From a virus, in the IMG/VR virus record IMGVR_UViG_3300049215_000519, positions 1 to 64,000 of that record: a DNA stretch of 64,000 nucleotides. One strand, written 5' to 3'. Under the pieces are notes generated by a model. That model did no database searches. It was not told where the DNA came from and saw only the letters and a list, made by a program, of their open reading frames with translations. This document shows, in pieces, positions 27,352 to 35,900 of this stretch. The stretch's first letter is position 1, and each line of letters opens with the position of its first letter. The position numbers and the translations under genes are program-made.

Positions 27352-27669
27352 TCAACGCCTCCGTCCCGCGCGGCCGAGTGAGCGGGGCTGCTTGAAGTAG
27401 GGATGCTGCTTCCAGAACTCGATCTTCCACTTGTGCGTGTCGTTGCAGGCCTTCGGCATCTTCTTGACCTTGCCGATGACCGTGAGATTGTTCGATTGGT
27501 AGACGCCGACGTGTGGATTCGACGAGTCGACCTTGTGCCCGGGATTGAACGTGCAGAGGACCGCTGAGCGCGTGTTCGCGCTCAGGACGATGGCCTTGCC
27601 GTGCTTGTACTTGCCGCGCTGCTCCCACTTATCGGGTCGCCGCACGATCTGGCCGCGCTTGAGCTTCAT
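27352..27669 (-). CDS. Small basic protein ending GRRR
   Basis: ATGA overlap. The terminal codons CGG AGG CGT contain the GGAGG SD of the next gene. Confidence 0.6.
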   Translation of the reverse strand: MKLKRGQIVRRPDKWEQRGKYKHGKAIVLSANTRSAVLCTFNPGHKVDSSNPHVGVYQSNNLTVIGKVKKMPKACNDTHKWKIEFWKQHPYFKQPRSLGRAGRRR

Positions 27670-27971
27670 CGACGCCTCCGTCGGCGCGCGCCGTCAAGCG
27701 CGTTGGCCGCACCCGTGATGCGTACGCAGTGATCGCTGAACGCGCCACCGGCCTCCGTGAGCGACGTCAGCGGCAGGTAGACATTGCCGCCCGAGCGCAT
27801 GTGAGCCTCGGCAGCGCCCTCAGCCCGCTTCATCTCGGCGTACGCGAGGTACGCGGCCATGCAGCGGCCCTCCTTCGAGAGCGACTTCACCGAGGCAGCC
27901 TCACGCTCGATCTTGGCCACCATCTGCTTGCCGGCGGCAGTGTGGGTCGCTTTGGGACTTCCGAACGCCAT
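27666..27971 (-). CDS. Small protein ending RRRRRR
   Basis: GGAGG lies 9 nt upstream of the ATG. The terminal Arg codons carry the next SD. Confidence 0.6.
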   Translation of the reverse strand: MAFGSPKATHTAAGKQMVAKIEREAASVKSLSKEGRCMAAYLAYAEMKRAEGAAEAHMRSGGNVYLPLTSLTEAGGAFSDHCVRITGAANALDGARRRRRR

Positions 27972-27974
27972 GGC

Positions 27975-28376
27975 TCAGCGCCTCCGCCGCTTGCGGAGCG
28001 GCTTCACGAAGTAGCCGCCAGCCTTGCTCGCGATCGCAGAGGCGACGCGCTTGGCCTTCGCCGACGAGTTGTAGACCCCGGTCTGCTTGCCGCGACCGAT
28101 GCCCTTGCCGATCGTCTGCACCTGGCAGTTCTTGAACACACCGATCTGGTAGTGCCTCGGGATGCTCTGGAACGCGCCTCGCCTCTCGCCGCCCTTGGAC
28201 TCGACGAAGTAGGTCTTGCCGCCCTTGCCGTGGCCCGCGGGGTAGACCGCGACCAGGCGAGCGTTGAAGAACCGCATCGAGCCCGGATCGAAGTAGTGCG
28301 AGCCGCAAGCCTTGGCCTGCGACTTCAGATCCTGCTTGGTGTAGGCAACTCCGCCGAGTCCTCGTCGTCGAGCCAT
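27975..28376 (-). CDS. Basic protein ending KRRRR
   Basis: GGAGG lies 8 nt upstream of the ATG. GSHYFDPGSMRFFNARL motif. Gly/Lys-rich. Confidence 0.65.
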   Translation of the reverse strand: MARRRGLGGVAYTKQDLKSQAKACGSHYFDPGSMRFFNARLVAVYPAGHGKGGKTYFVESKGGERRGAFQSIPRHYQIGVFKNCQVQTIGKGIGRGKQTGVYNSSAKAKRVASAIASKAGGYFVKPLRKRRRR

Positions 28377-28378
28377 GA

Positions 28379-28639
28379 CTAACGCCTCCGCTTGCGGCCA
28401 AAGAGGCCGCGGTGTCGAGCCATCGTCTCCGTCGAGATGTTGCCGGTCGACGCCATCTCACGCGAGAACTCGGCGCAGCCGGCCATGAGGCTCTTCCGCG
28501 CGCGCGCTCGCTCGGCAGCCGTGAACCGATGGCCCTTCGGGTAGTTCATCGAGTTGAGCGCGTGGCCGTGACGATCCCACAGGATCGCTGCCGGGCCGCT
28601 ACGCCCCGTGATGAAGGTGACCTTGCACTTGGCTTTCAT
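28379..28639 (-). CDS. Small protein ending KRRR
   Basis: Start MKAKCKV at 28639 overlaps the upstream stop (ATGA). The track ORF 28379..28861 is an extension. Confidence 0.6.
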   Translation of the reverse strand: MKAKCKVTFITGRSGPAAILWDRHGHALNSMNYPKGHRFTAAERARARKSLMAGCAEFSREMASTGNISTETMARHRGLFGRKRRR

Positions 28640-28803
28640 CGCTTGCGCCTCGACGCGAGGAAGATCCCGCCCGCGAGCCCGAGAACAAGCATCACCGGGT
28701 GCTCGATCGCTGGGTCGAAGATGCCCATCAGGCTCACGCGCGGCGCGCGCGGCCCGGAGAGCTGCATGACGTACTGAAGACTTCCTAGACTTCCTAGGGC
28801 CAT
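28636..28803 (-). CDS. 55-aa tail-anchored protein ending RRKR
   Basis: Not in the ORF track (<60 aa). MALGSLGSLQYV...SLMGIFDPAIEHPVMLVLGLAGGIFLASRRKR. Its SD lies in the upstream Arg codons. Confidence 0.5.
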   Translation of the reverse strand: MALGSLGSLQYVMQLSGPRAPRVSLMGIFDPAIEHPVMLVLGLAGGIFLASRRKR

Positions 28804-28806
28804 GGC

Positions 28807-29100
28807 TTATCGCCTCCGGCGATGGCCATGGAGCCCGAGGCGTTTCTTCGTCCACGGCCATGCGGTCTTGAGACCGAAGTAGCCAGCCCCGACCCCGACG
28901 ATCCCTACGAGCAGCGCCGAGACCCAGTCAGGGATCGGCGTGTCGCCGAGCCCGCTGAGCGTCGCCGTCGTGGGCACGCGGTTGTAGTAGTACGAAGCAT
29001 ACCCTCCGGGAATACCTGCGTAATATACGTAGGTCTTCTGGAGGGGGTTCATCGGGTCGTACTGGGCAGCTTGCTCCCACTGAGACAGAATCGTAGCCAT
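28807..29100 (-). CDS. Tail-anchored protein, GLGD-TM-RRRR C-terminus
   Basis: TLSGLGDTPIPDWVSALLVGIVGVGAGYFGL...HGHRRRR. Confidence 0.6.
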   Translation of the reverse strand: MATILSQWEQAAQYDPMNPLQKTYVYYAGIPGGYASYYYNRVPTTATLSGLGDTPIPDWVSALLVGIVGVGAGYFGLKTAWPWTKKRLGLHGHRRRR

Positions 29101-29190
29101 AGTCTAATCCTTTCGCGTAGAACGCGAAGAGCCGACGAGCTGATTCTCGCCTAGGGGTCGCCCGGTAGGCCCGCCCGTCGAGAGGCGGGT

Positions 29191-29292
29191 CTAGTGCTTG
29201 CGATGCTTCCGGCACTGCCCCTTGCGGCGACCACGGCGAACTTTCCCGAAGCGGCAATGCATCTTGCTGGAGTGACGACGACGACGAGCCAT
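29191..29292 (-). CDS. 33-aa protamine-like Arg/Lys/His-rich peptide
   Basis: MARRRRHSSKMHCRFGKVRRGRRKGQCRKHRKH. AAGGAG lies 7 nt upstream of the ATG. A GC hairpin (29170..29189) lies just downstream. Below the ORF-track cut-off. Confidence 0.45.
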   Translation of the reverse strand: MARRRRHSSKMHCRFGKVRRGRRKGQCRKHRKH

Positions 29293-29354
29293 GGTGAGTC
29301 TCCTTGGAGAGTTACGAAGGAAGCCTTGCATGCCACCACCACGGAGTCAAGCCG

Positions 29355-29480
29355 CTACCGTCTCCGCTGCTCCACCTGCCTCAGCTCGAGGTCGGTCACC
29401 CGTCTCTGGAGACGACTCACGTGCTCGGCGAGTTCCTTGGTGAGCTTGACCAGCTCTTGGATCCGGTCGGAGTCGGTCAT
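29355..29480 (-). CDS. 41-aa coiled-coil-like peptide ending QRRR
   Basis: MTDSDRIQELVKLTKELAEHVSRLQRRVTDLELRQVEQRRR. TGATG overlap with the upstream gene. Confidence 0.4.
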   Translation of the reverse strand: MTDSDRIQELVKLTKELAEHVSRLQRRVTDLELRQVEQRRR

Positions 29481-29695
29481 CAGTTCTCGAATCCTTCTGG
29501 GTCGGGCAAGCCCATCTTGCGGCGGTTCGCGATCACGAAGTCAACCAGCTCGGTCTTCTCGAATTTCTCGCACATCGGCAGCGTGTGAATCCCGACCGGC
29601 TCTCCGTGCTCGGTGCCGTCGTCGACGAACGCGAGCACGAGACGCGCGCCGCAGAAAGCGCAGACGGTGTCGACCTTGCCGAGCTTGAGCTTCAA
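29480..29695 (-). CDS. Small CxxC protein
   Basis: ATGA overlap with the LuxR-type gene. VCAFCGARL....LPMC. Confidence 0.55.
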   Translation of the reverse strand: MKLKLGKVDTVCAFCGARLVLAFVDDGTEHGEPVGIHTLPMCEKFEKTELVDFVIANRRKMGLPDPEGFEN

Positions 29696-29937
29696 AGCGG
29701 GCAGATCCCGATCTTCGCGAGCAGGCGAGCGAGCGCGACGTTGTTGCGCAGGCCCAGCTTCTTCAAGATGTGCCCGCGATGCGTGTCAACGGTCTTGACC
29801 GAGATCTCCAGCCTGTCGGCGACCTCACGATTGGTGTCGCCGTAGCCGAGACGTTCGGCGACCTGCCTCTCTCGAGTGGTCAACGCTGCGATCGGGCTCT
29901 GTTCGTCGGCGGTAGTTTCGGTCTCGTGATCTTCCAT
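29692..29937 (-). CDS. LuxR/GerE-type HTH transcription regulator
   Basis: LTTRERQVAERLGYGDTNREVADRLEISVKTVDTHRGHILKKLG. Start MEDHE at 29937, just after the dam stop. Confidence 0.75.
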   Translation of the reverse strand: MEDHETETTADEQSPIAALTTRERQVAERLGYGDTNREVADRLEISVKTVDTHRGHILKKLGLRNNVALARLLAKIGICPL

Positions 29938-29939
29938 GG

Positions 29940-30764
29940 TCAGCTCCTGATGAGTAGGCACTTCTTCTTGCCTCGTTGATCTTTGGTCGGGCCAACCGAG
30001 TGTCGCTCGTCGATCTCCTCGATCTTGGCCCAAGCGTAGATCTCTCGAATGAGGGGCGTGTCGCTATTGGTTGCCCAGATTCTACTTCCACGATACGCAA
30101 GCTGCTCGAGATCGGCAGCAAGGTCCCGCTGATCGTTCTCGTTGAAACCATCCTTGGTGTAGCCGGTGAACGTATCATGATACGGACAGTCGGCGTATAC
30201 GGCCACGCCACGGTTGAAGATGATCACATCGCTGTTGGCAAGTAGATCATGTGCCTTCATCGTGAAGAGCTGCACGGTCTGCAGCCAGCCATAGAGTCGC
30301 GCGGCTTCGTCGATGTCGATCGACGCGGGCTCCTTGAACTTGCCCCAGGGCACGTTGAAGAACCCTCTCGAGTTCGTGCGCCAGAGCCCGTTGTAGCAGC
30401 GCGCGTTGATGTAGAGGAAGAGCGCCGCACGGCGGAACCAGTACGGACATGGATCGAGGATTGATCGGTTCAGCTCGGCACGCGCGTCGAGGTAGCCTGC
30501 CTGCGAGTTGGGGTACTGCCGCACCACCCGCTCGAGTTCGGCGATCAGCGTCGTCGGCGAGCGCTGCAAGCAACGCCACGCATCCATGAGCGTCGTGTTC
30601 GTGTCGTTCAGGATCTTGGGAATCGAGTCCTTGATCGCGAGCGCGATCGCACCCCCGCCCACGAACGGCTCGACGTAGACTCGAGGCCCCATCTCCTCGA
30701 TCTCGGCAGCGACGCGCTCAGCGAGCCACCGCTTCCCGCCGGCCCATCTCGTGAACGGCTTCAC
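29940..30764 (-). CDS. dam: DNA adenine methyltransferase (Dam / D12 class)
   Basis: FTRWAGGKRWL, EPFVGGGAIAL (motif I), YADCPY (DPPY variant). Confidence 0.85.
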   Translation of the reverse strand: MKPFTRWAGGKRWLAERVAAEIEEMGPRVYVEPFVGGGAIALAIKDSIPKILNDTNTTLMDAWRCLQRSPTTLIAELERVVRQYPNSQAGYLDARAELNRSILDPCPYWFRRAALFLYINARCYNGLWRTNSRGFFNVPWGKFKEPASIDIDEAARLYGWLQTVQLFTMKAHDLLANSDVIIFNRGVAVYADCPYHDTFTGYTKDGFNENDQRDLAADLEQLAYRGSRIWATNSDTPLIREIYAWAKIEEIDERHSVGPTKDQRGKKKCLLIRS

Positions 30765-32347
30765 GGGATATTAACCTGCGTATCGTCGGCTTTGATCTCA
30801 ACGATCTTCCTAGAGAGCTTGCCAACTAGATCCATCCCGTCAGGCATGTCGACCCAGACCAACTCGTTGCGCGCGCGAGTAATTCCTACATACTCTACGT
30901 TAAATTCGGATTGCTCGATCGGCTTGGTCATCCACACCTCTCGAGGCTTGTGCCGTGCGAAGGTCTGCTTGAGCAGGTACACGCGGTCGGCCTCGAGCCC
31001 CTTAGCCTTGTGCACGGTCGACAAGATCGTCGTCGCCTCTTCGTTAGCGAGGATGTCAGCGAGGAGCTGCTTGAACTGCGTCGGCTCGGCGAAGGCCAAC
31101 ATCATCGAGAGCATCGCGTGCTGCTGCTCGACGCGATCAGCCCACGCAGTAGCATGAGCCTTCTCGGCCTTGGACATCTCGACCTGAAACCAGATCACCA
31201 AGCTCGACGAGAATCGCTCCTTGGACTTCTTGTCCAAGCGATCGATGATCTCGTAGAGCGGCTCGACGATCTCCTTGCCCGCCGCGAGCTGGAAGTTGAC
31301 CTTGGCCGACCACAAGGTCAGCGCTGCCATCAGGAGATCGGCGTTGGTGCGCGAGAGGACGAACGCGTCGTCAGCAGTCTGGAGATCTTCGGCCAGCCCG
31401 TGGAACGCAAGCTTGCGTACCTCACCCTCGCCAGCGCCCTCGCGAGGTCTCAGGCTGGGTACCAGCGTATTGGCTTGCTTGACGATCGCGCGCGCGCAGC
31501 GGAACGTCGTCGACAACGGTAATGTCTCGGCCTTGAACTCGGTGCGCAACTGGGTCCACACCAAAGAACCAACCGCGCCGCGCCAGTCATAGATCTCCTG
31601 GTTGCGGTCGCCGATCGCGAAGATGCGACCATTCGGCGCGATCATTTTCTTGACCAGAGCCAGTTGCGGAAGACTCAGATCCTGCGCCTCGTCGACGAAG
31701 ACAGCCTGGTAGCGGTTGGGGGGCGGAATCTCGAGCACGACCGGCAGCCATGTCATGTCCACGAAGTCGATCGGCACTACCGCTCGTGCTGCACCACGAC
31801 GCTTGAGATCGGCGCCCATCGTGTACGCGGCGACCACGACCCTCACGCACTTGCCGATGTCTTCGATGTCGAGCTTGCCGAAGTGGTTGTAGTTGTGTCC
31901 AGTTGCTTCGACCACGACTCTGGTGATCGCGCGTTCGGTGCAAGTCTCCTTGCACGTCCGCAACAGTTTCACCGCAGCGCGTCGCACCGCGAACGGGATC
32001 TTGGCCTCGAACTCGCCCGCGGCCTCGTTGACAAGCCGCTCGGTCGACTGCGGATCGACCTCGAAGCGGTAGCCACGTACTGACTTCAGGATACCAAGGC
32101 CGATCGCGTGGAACGTCTGCGACTTGAAGAAGTAGCCCTTGGGCGCAGGAGGCATTTTCTCCTCGAGATCGACGGCGTTACGCTTGTTGAACGCGCAGAA
32201 CAGCACCGAGCGTTGTGGGATGTACTTCAGGCTCTCGAGCGCCGTCGATGTCTTTCCCGCGCCCGCGAGCGCCTCGACGATGAGATTGCCCGCCCCGCGA
32301 TGCACGAAGTCGAAGATCGCACGCTGCTCTTCGGTCGGCTCTCTCAC
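30761..32347 (-). CDS. UvrD/PcrA-like superfamily-1 helicase
   Basis: GTG at 32347 overlaps the upstream TGA. AGAGKTS (Walker A), VFVDEAQDLSL (motif II), STVHKAKGLEADRVYL (motif VI). The 32617 start in the track is an extension. Confidence 0.8.
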   Translation of the reverse strand: MREPTEEQRAIFDFVHRGAGNLIVEALAGAGKTSTALESLKYIPQRSVLFCAFNKRNAVDLEEKMPPAPKGYFFKSQTFHAIGLGILKSVRGYRFEVDPQSTERLVNEAAGEFEAKIPFAVRRAAVKLLRTCKETCTERAITRVVVEATGHNYNHFGKLDIEDIGKCVRVVVAAYTMGADLKRRGAARAVVPIDFVDMTWLPVVLEIPPPNRYQAVFVDEAQDLSLPQLALVKKMIAPNGRIFAIGDRNQEIYDWRGAVGSLVWTQLRTEFKAETLPLSTTFRCARAIVKQANTLVPSLRPREGAGEGEVRKLAFHGLAEDLQTADDAFVLSRTNADLLMAALTLWSAKVNFQLAAGKEIVEPLYEIIDRLDKKSKERFSSSLVIWFQVEMSKAEKAHATAWADRVEQQHAMLSMMLAFAEPTQFKQLLADILANEEATTILSTVHKAKGLEADRVYLLKQTFARHKPREVWMTKPIEQSEFNVEYVGITRARNELVWVDMPDGMDLVGKLSRKIVEIKADDTQVNIP

Positions 32348-32692
32348 AGCGCCTTCTTGTTGTAGGAACCAAGATGGTGCCACTGGTTGAACCGAGCTAG
32401 CTTCTCGATGATGCGCCGCTGGATGCGGTTGCCGTCGAGACCGCAGTGATCGGTCACGAACCGAGCCGCGGCTACCATGTCGGCGATCTCCTCCTCGAGC
32501 TTCTCCTTGAGATGCGAGCCGTCCCAGTGCTCGCCCTTGCCACCCGTGCCCATGAGCTTGCCGCAGACCTGCAACACCTCGCCCGATTCCTCGACGAGCT
32601 TGGAGATCCCAGGCCAATCTTGATCACCGATGGCGAAAATAGTTCACCTGACCTTCCAACGAGTGTTGTTGATGATCCACCAAACTCGTCAT
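32344..32692 (-). pseudogene. MazG-like NTP pyrophosphohydrolase gene with apparent +1 frameshift
   Basis: ATG at 32692 lies 6 nt after the motif hexamer and opens MTSLVDHQQHSLEGQVNYF. The MazG-like body (AIGDQDWPGISKLVEESGEV...LEEEIADMVAAARF) is in the +1 frame. The junction is at the T4 run (plus-strand A run 32636-32639). Confidence 0.45.
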
Positions 32693-32994
32693 GCTTCTTC
32701 TGTATCACCTGAGTCTGACACCGCGTCGGGCTCCTTGAAGGCTGACTTGGTCTTCCCCACGTCGTAGCTCTCAAAGGCCTTGTTGACCCCGTCCAAGATC
32801 GCCTCTCGCCGGATCCCAGAGGCCTGCAACATGTCGATGCCAGCCCCCAAGAGCGTCACGCCGACGTACTCCGGCGACCAGCCCTTCTTGACCAGCCGCT
32901 TCGAGATGCGCATGATGCGCGAGTTGACCTCGACGAGGGCTTTAGCCCTCTCGAGCTGCTTGACGGTTCGTGCTGCGAGTTCAAAAACGTTCAT
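32689..32994 (-). CDS. Hypothetical protein
   Basis: ATGA overlap with the polymerase stop. ORF track entry. Confidence 0.55.
   Translation of the reverse strand: MNVFELAARTVKQLERAKALVEVNSRIMRISKRLVKKGWSPEYVGVTLLGAGIDMLQASGIRREAILDGVNKAFESYDVGKTKSAFKEPDAVSDSGDTEEA
32699..32719 (-). promoter_or_regulatory. GTCAGACC-N7-TANNNN element (variant GTCAGACT)
   Basis: Minus-strand GTCAGACTCAGGTGATACAGA, then 6 nt, then ATG at 32692. Embedded in the 3' end of gene 32689..32994. Confidence 0.4.
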
Positions 32995-35900
32995 ATGTCA
33001 CTCCATGCTTGACCGATGTCGACCTCGACGAGGAATTTCACCGTCTGACCGTTCGCCTCGTTGGTGTGCTCGTACGTGAAGCACTCGATGATGTCTTGCT
33101 TGACCGCTTCGGCGTCGTCAGCCCAGCACTCAAACACCGCAGCGTCGTGGATCTGCGCGATGCAGAAAGCTTCCTTATAGCGCACGAGCCGCTGGTCCAT
33201 CTTGAACATGCCGATGTTCATGATCGCAGCGCCAGTCGACTGCGGCACGATGCTGAGCGCTTCGGACGCTTCGACCTGGCCCATCGGCCACACGCGACGA
33301 CGGCCACCGACGAAATCTCTCAGCTCGTAGGGCGGCTGGCTCGCCATTTGAATCGTCTCGCGCTGCCAGCGGACGATGCCCTGCATTTTCTTGCGCAGCA
33401 CGTTGAGCGAGCCAACGACGTCCTGGAACTTGAACTTGTAGCCTTCCTGTAGAAGCCCCTTCCACACCTTGTCGTCGGAGGCGCCGTACCACGTTGCGTA
33501 TTCGAGGGTCTTGCAGACCGTACGGGCCATCTTCCGCTCGCTCGCTGTCTTGCCGTCGAATCCAGCGAAGACGACGCGTGCGCACTCGGTGTGAAGATCA
33601 CCATCACGGCCGAACACCTCGCACATGAACTCGTCGCCAGAGATCAACGCCAAGATTCGAGCTTCGATCTGCGCAAAGTCGAAGCCCACAAGCTTTCGAC
33701 CGGGCCTAGCGACTACCTGACGCTTCGTGGTTGGGCGCTCAGCGTACTCGATCCACCCAGCGATGTATTTGTGGTCGGAGTTCTTGTGCTCGTACTCGAC
33801 CTTCTCGCAGACCTTGCAGAGCACCTTGGTGATGATCGTATCCTTGTGAAGCTTGGTCTCGATCGGCACCTTCTTGGTCTTCTCGCGTGGCGCGTTAGAG
33901 ATGCCAAACGGCTCACTCGAAGCCCAACGACCGGAGATCTTGTGGATCGACCAGATCGGATGAATGCGATCGTTCTCGTCGGCGAAGCCGTGCTGGATGA
34001 TCTTGTCGCCGTCGATGCGGTCGAAGATCGGCCACACAAAATCGAGCATCTTGTTGTTCTGGCGATACGTCAGGATGCTCTGGACGATTGAATGGTCGAC
34101 AAGGCTCTCGAGTACTGACTTCTTCGTCGAGATAGCTCCACCCTCAGTAACCTGGATCAGCGGCACACCCATCGCCTGCAACAGCGATGAGATGTGCTTG
34201 CTGTTGTTGATCTTCCAGTTCCACTTGAAGCTATTGGTGTCGTCGAGCCGAGTGTTGTAGCGCGTCTCGAAGTCGTCGGAGTCCGCCTTGCGCTTTTTCT
34301 GGGCCAGCTGCAGCGCGAGGTGATGCCGCACAGCCTCAAGCGTCTTGGGGTCACGGGCCTGCGCCTCGACGGCGGCTCGCGAGTCCTTGGCGAGCCGCGT
34401 GAACGTGCGAACGAGCTGAGAATTGACCTCGCGGTCGATCGGGATGCCTGCGAGATGCATCCGACTTGCGATGTCGCTCATCCGCTTGTCGAGTTCGTAG
34501 ATCCGCTCGGTCTTGGTCTTGCGGATCCAGTGCATGAGCGGCGCAACGAGAGCTTGCGTTCCACCCGTGTCGAGGCCATTGTAGACGGCGAGCTTGTCGA
34601 GCGTCTCTTCCTGATTCCGAAACTCGGCCTTCCAAGGACCCGCACCGAAGAACTGCGAGACGACGTTCTGCAGACGATGAGCGTTGCCCGGGAACGCCGC
34701 GTGGTGCGCGAGCAGCGTATTACCATAAAAAGCTGGCTTGCCACGGCTACGGGTAATCAGAGTCTCGTTGGGGACCGAGAAACAGACGATGTGGTCATCG
34801 ACCTCGATCTTGGTCACCTTGCTGTTAGCGCCTGCGAGTCGAGTTCTGATGGGCACTGAAATCGGAACTGATCGAGAGATGAAGACATGACAGATGTCGT
34901 CTGGCCTGTAAGTTTTTGGGTTGGTGGCTGACCACCCAATCGACAGGGCTAAGGCCTGAACCCCATCAGCCAAGGCTTCAGATCCAGATCGATAGACAAA
35001 TCGTTGGGCTCGGCCTCCGTGCTCAGAGCCATCTCCAAGAAATAGGGCCTCCAAAAAGGTTTCTCGTGCCTCCTGAGACCACTGAAAAGCATCGGCGGGC
35101 AATTTTCTACTTCTAGAGTGACGGCCTAGTAAAGCAAACTCCTCCGCAATGGCGGGGTCGCTTAGGTCCCAAATCTCCTCGATAACGGGATGGTTTCTCC
35201 ATTCATCATCGTGAAGGTGCTCTCGCATGGTGAACTCAAAAGTTTTTGCGAGATGACGTAGAAGCTTTGAGGCATGACCATCTCGAGCTTGAGAGATCAT
35301 GATCGAACGGGGCTTGCCGTTGTAATAACTCAAGGCCCCATCCGCCAACCAAAGCCCCATCAGTTGCAGCTTGGCCAACTCCGGCGTTTTGCCCATCTTG
35401 GGCGGTTCGCAGGCTTGCTGAACCGCATACGAATCGGTTGAGCTATTCAGCATGTCAGCGGCTTTGGTGAAACCCCACGGGGCCATCGGCTTGCCTCGCC
35501 ACTCCTTGCTCGTGCGCCGTAGAGGCTGACACCACATACGGTGATTTGGCGTGACCACCGCTCTTGTATGATTGGTCTCAAAGATGAGGGCTTCGCCTTG
35601 ATAGTGACGGCTAGTCCTACTAAAAAAGCTCTGCCACTCCAGTTGGCCAGCCTGGTTCACGGTGGCTAGCAAGGTTCCAGCCTTGACATCTTCGTACTTC
35701 TTCCAACCAAGTTGAGTCAGGAACTCTGTCTCACTCTCGATGTAGCAATCTTCGAAGTTCTGGGCATGCTCGTCGACGCCGTAGCTCGGCAAGACGAAGC
35801 CGTACGCGCGCAACACCGTGCGATCGTAGAGCGCGTTGTGGTAGACCGTCGGCACGTTGCCGAGCACGAGCTGGAGATACGAGAAACACCAGTTGGGCAG

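Noticed and set aside
29170-29189. Rho-independent terminator after the 33-codon ORF
   Set aside because: Only a 6-bp GC stem with an 8-nt loop and no downstream U tract. I kept it as a note in the finding rather than annotating it as a terminator.
26641-29480. Explaining the C-terminal Arg runs purely as a by-product of embedded GGAGG ribosome-binding sites
   Set aside because: Only partly rejected. The explanation fits six junctions. It does not fit tails longer than the SD, or identical tails at genes with no downstream cistron and no GGAGG in the Arg codons (51263, 14183, 62727, 25065). Both layers are reported.
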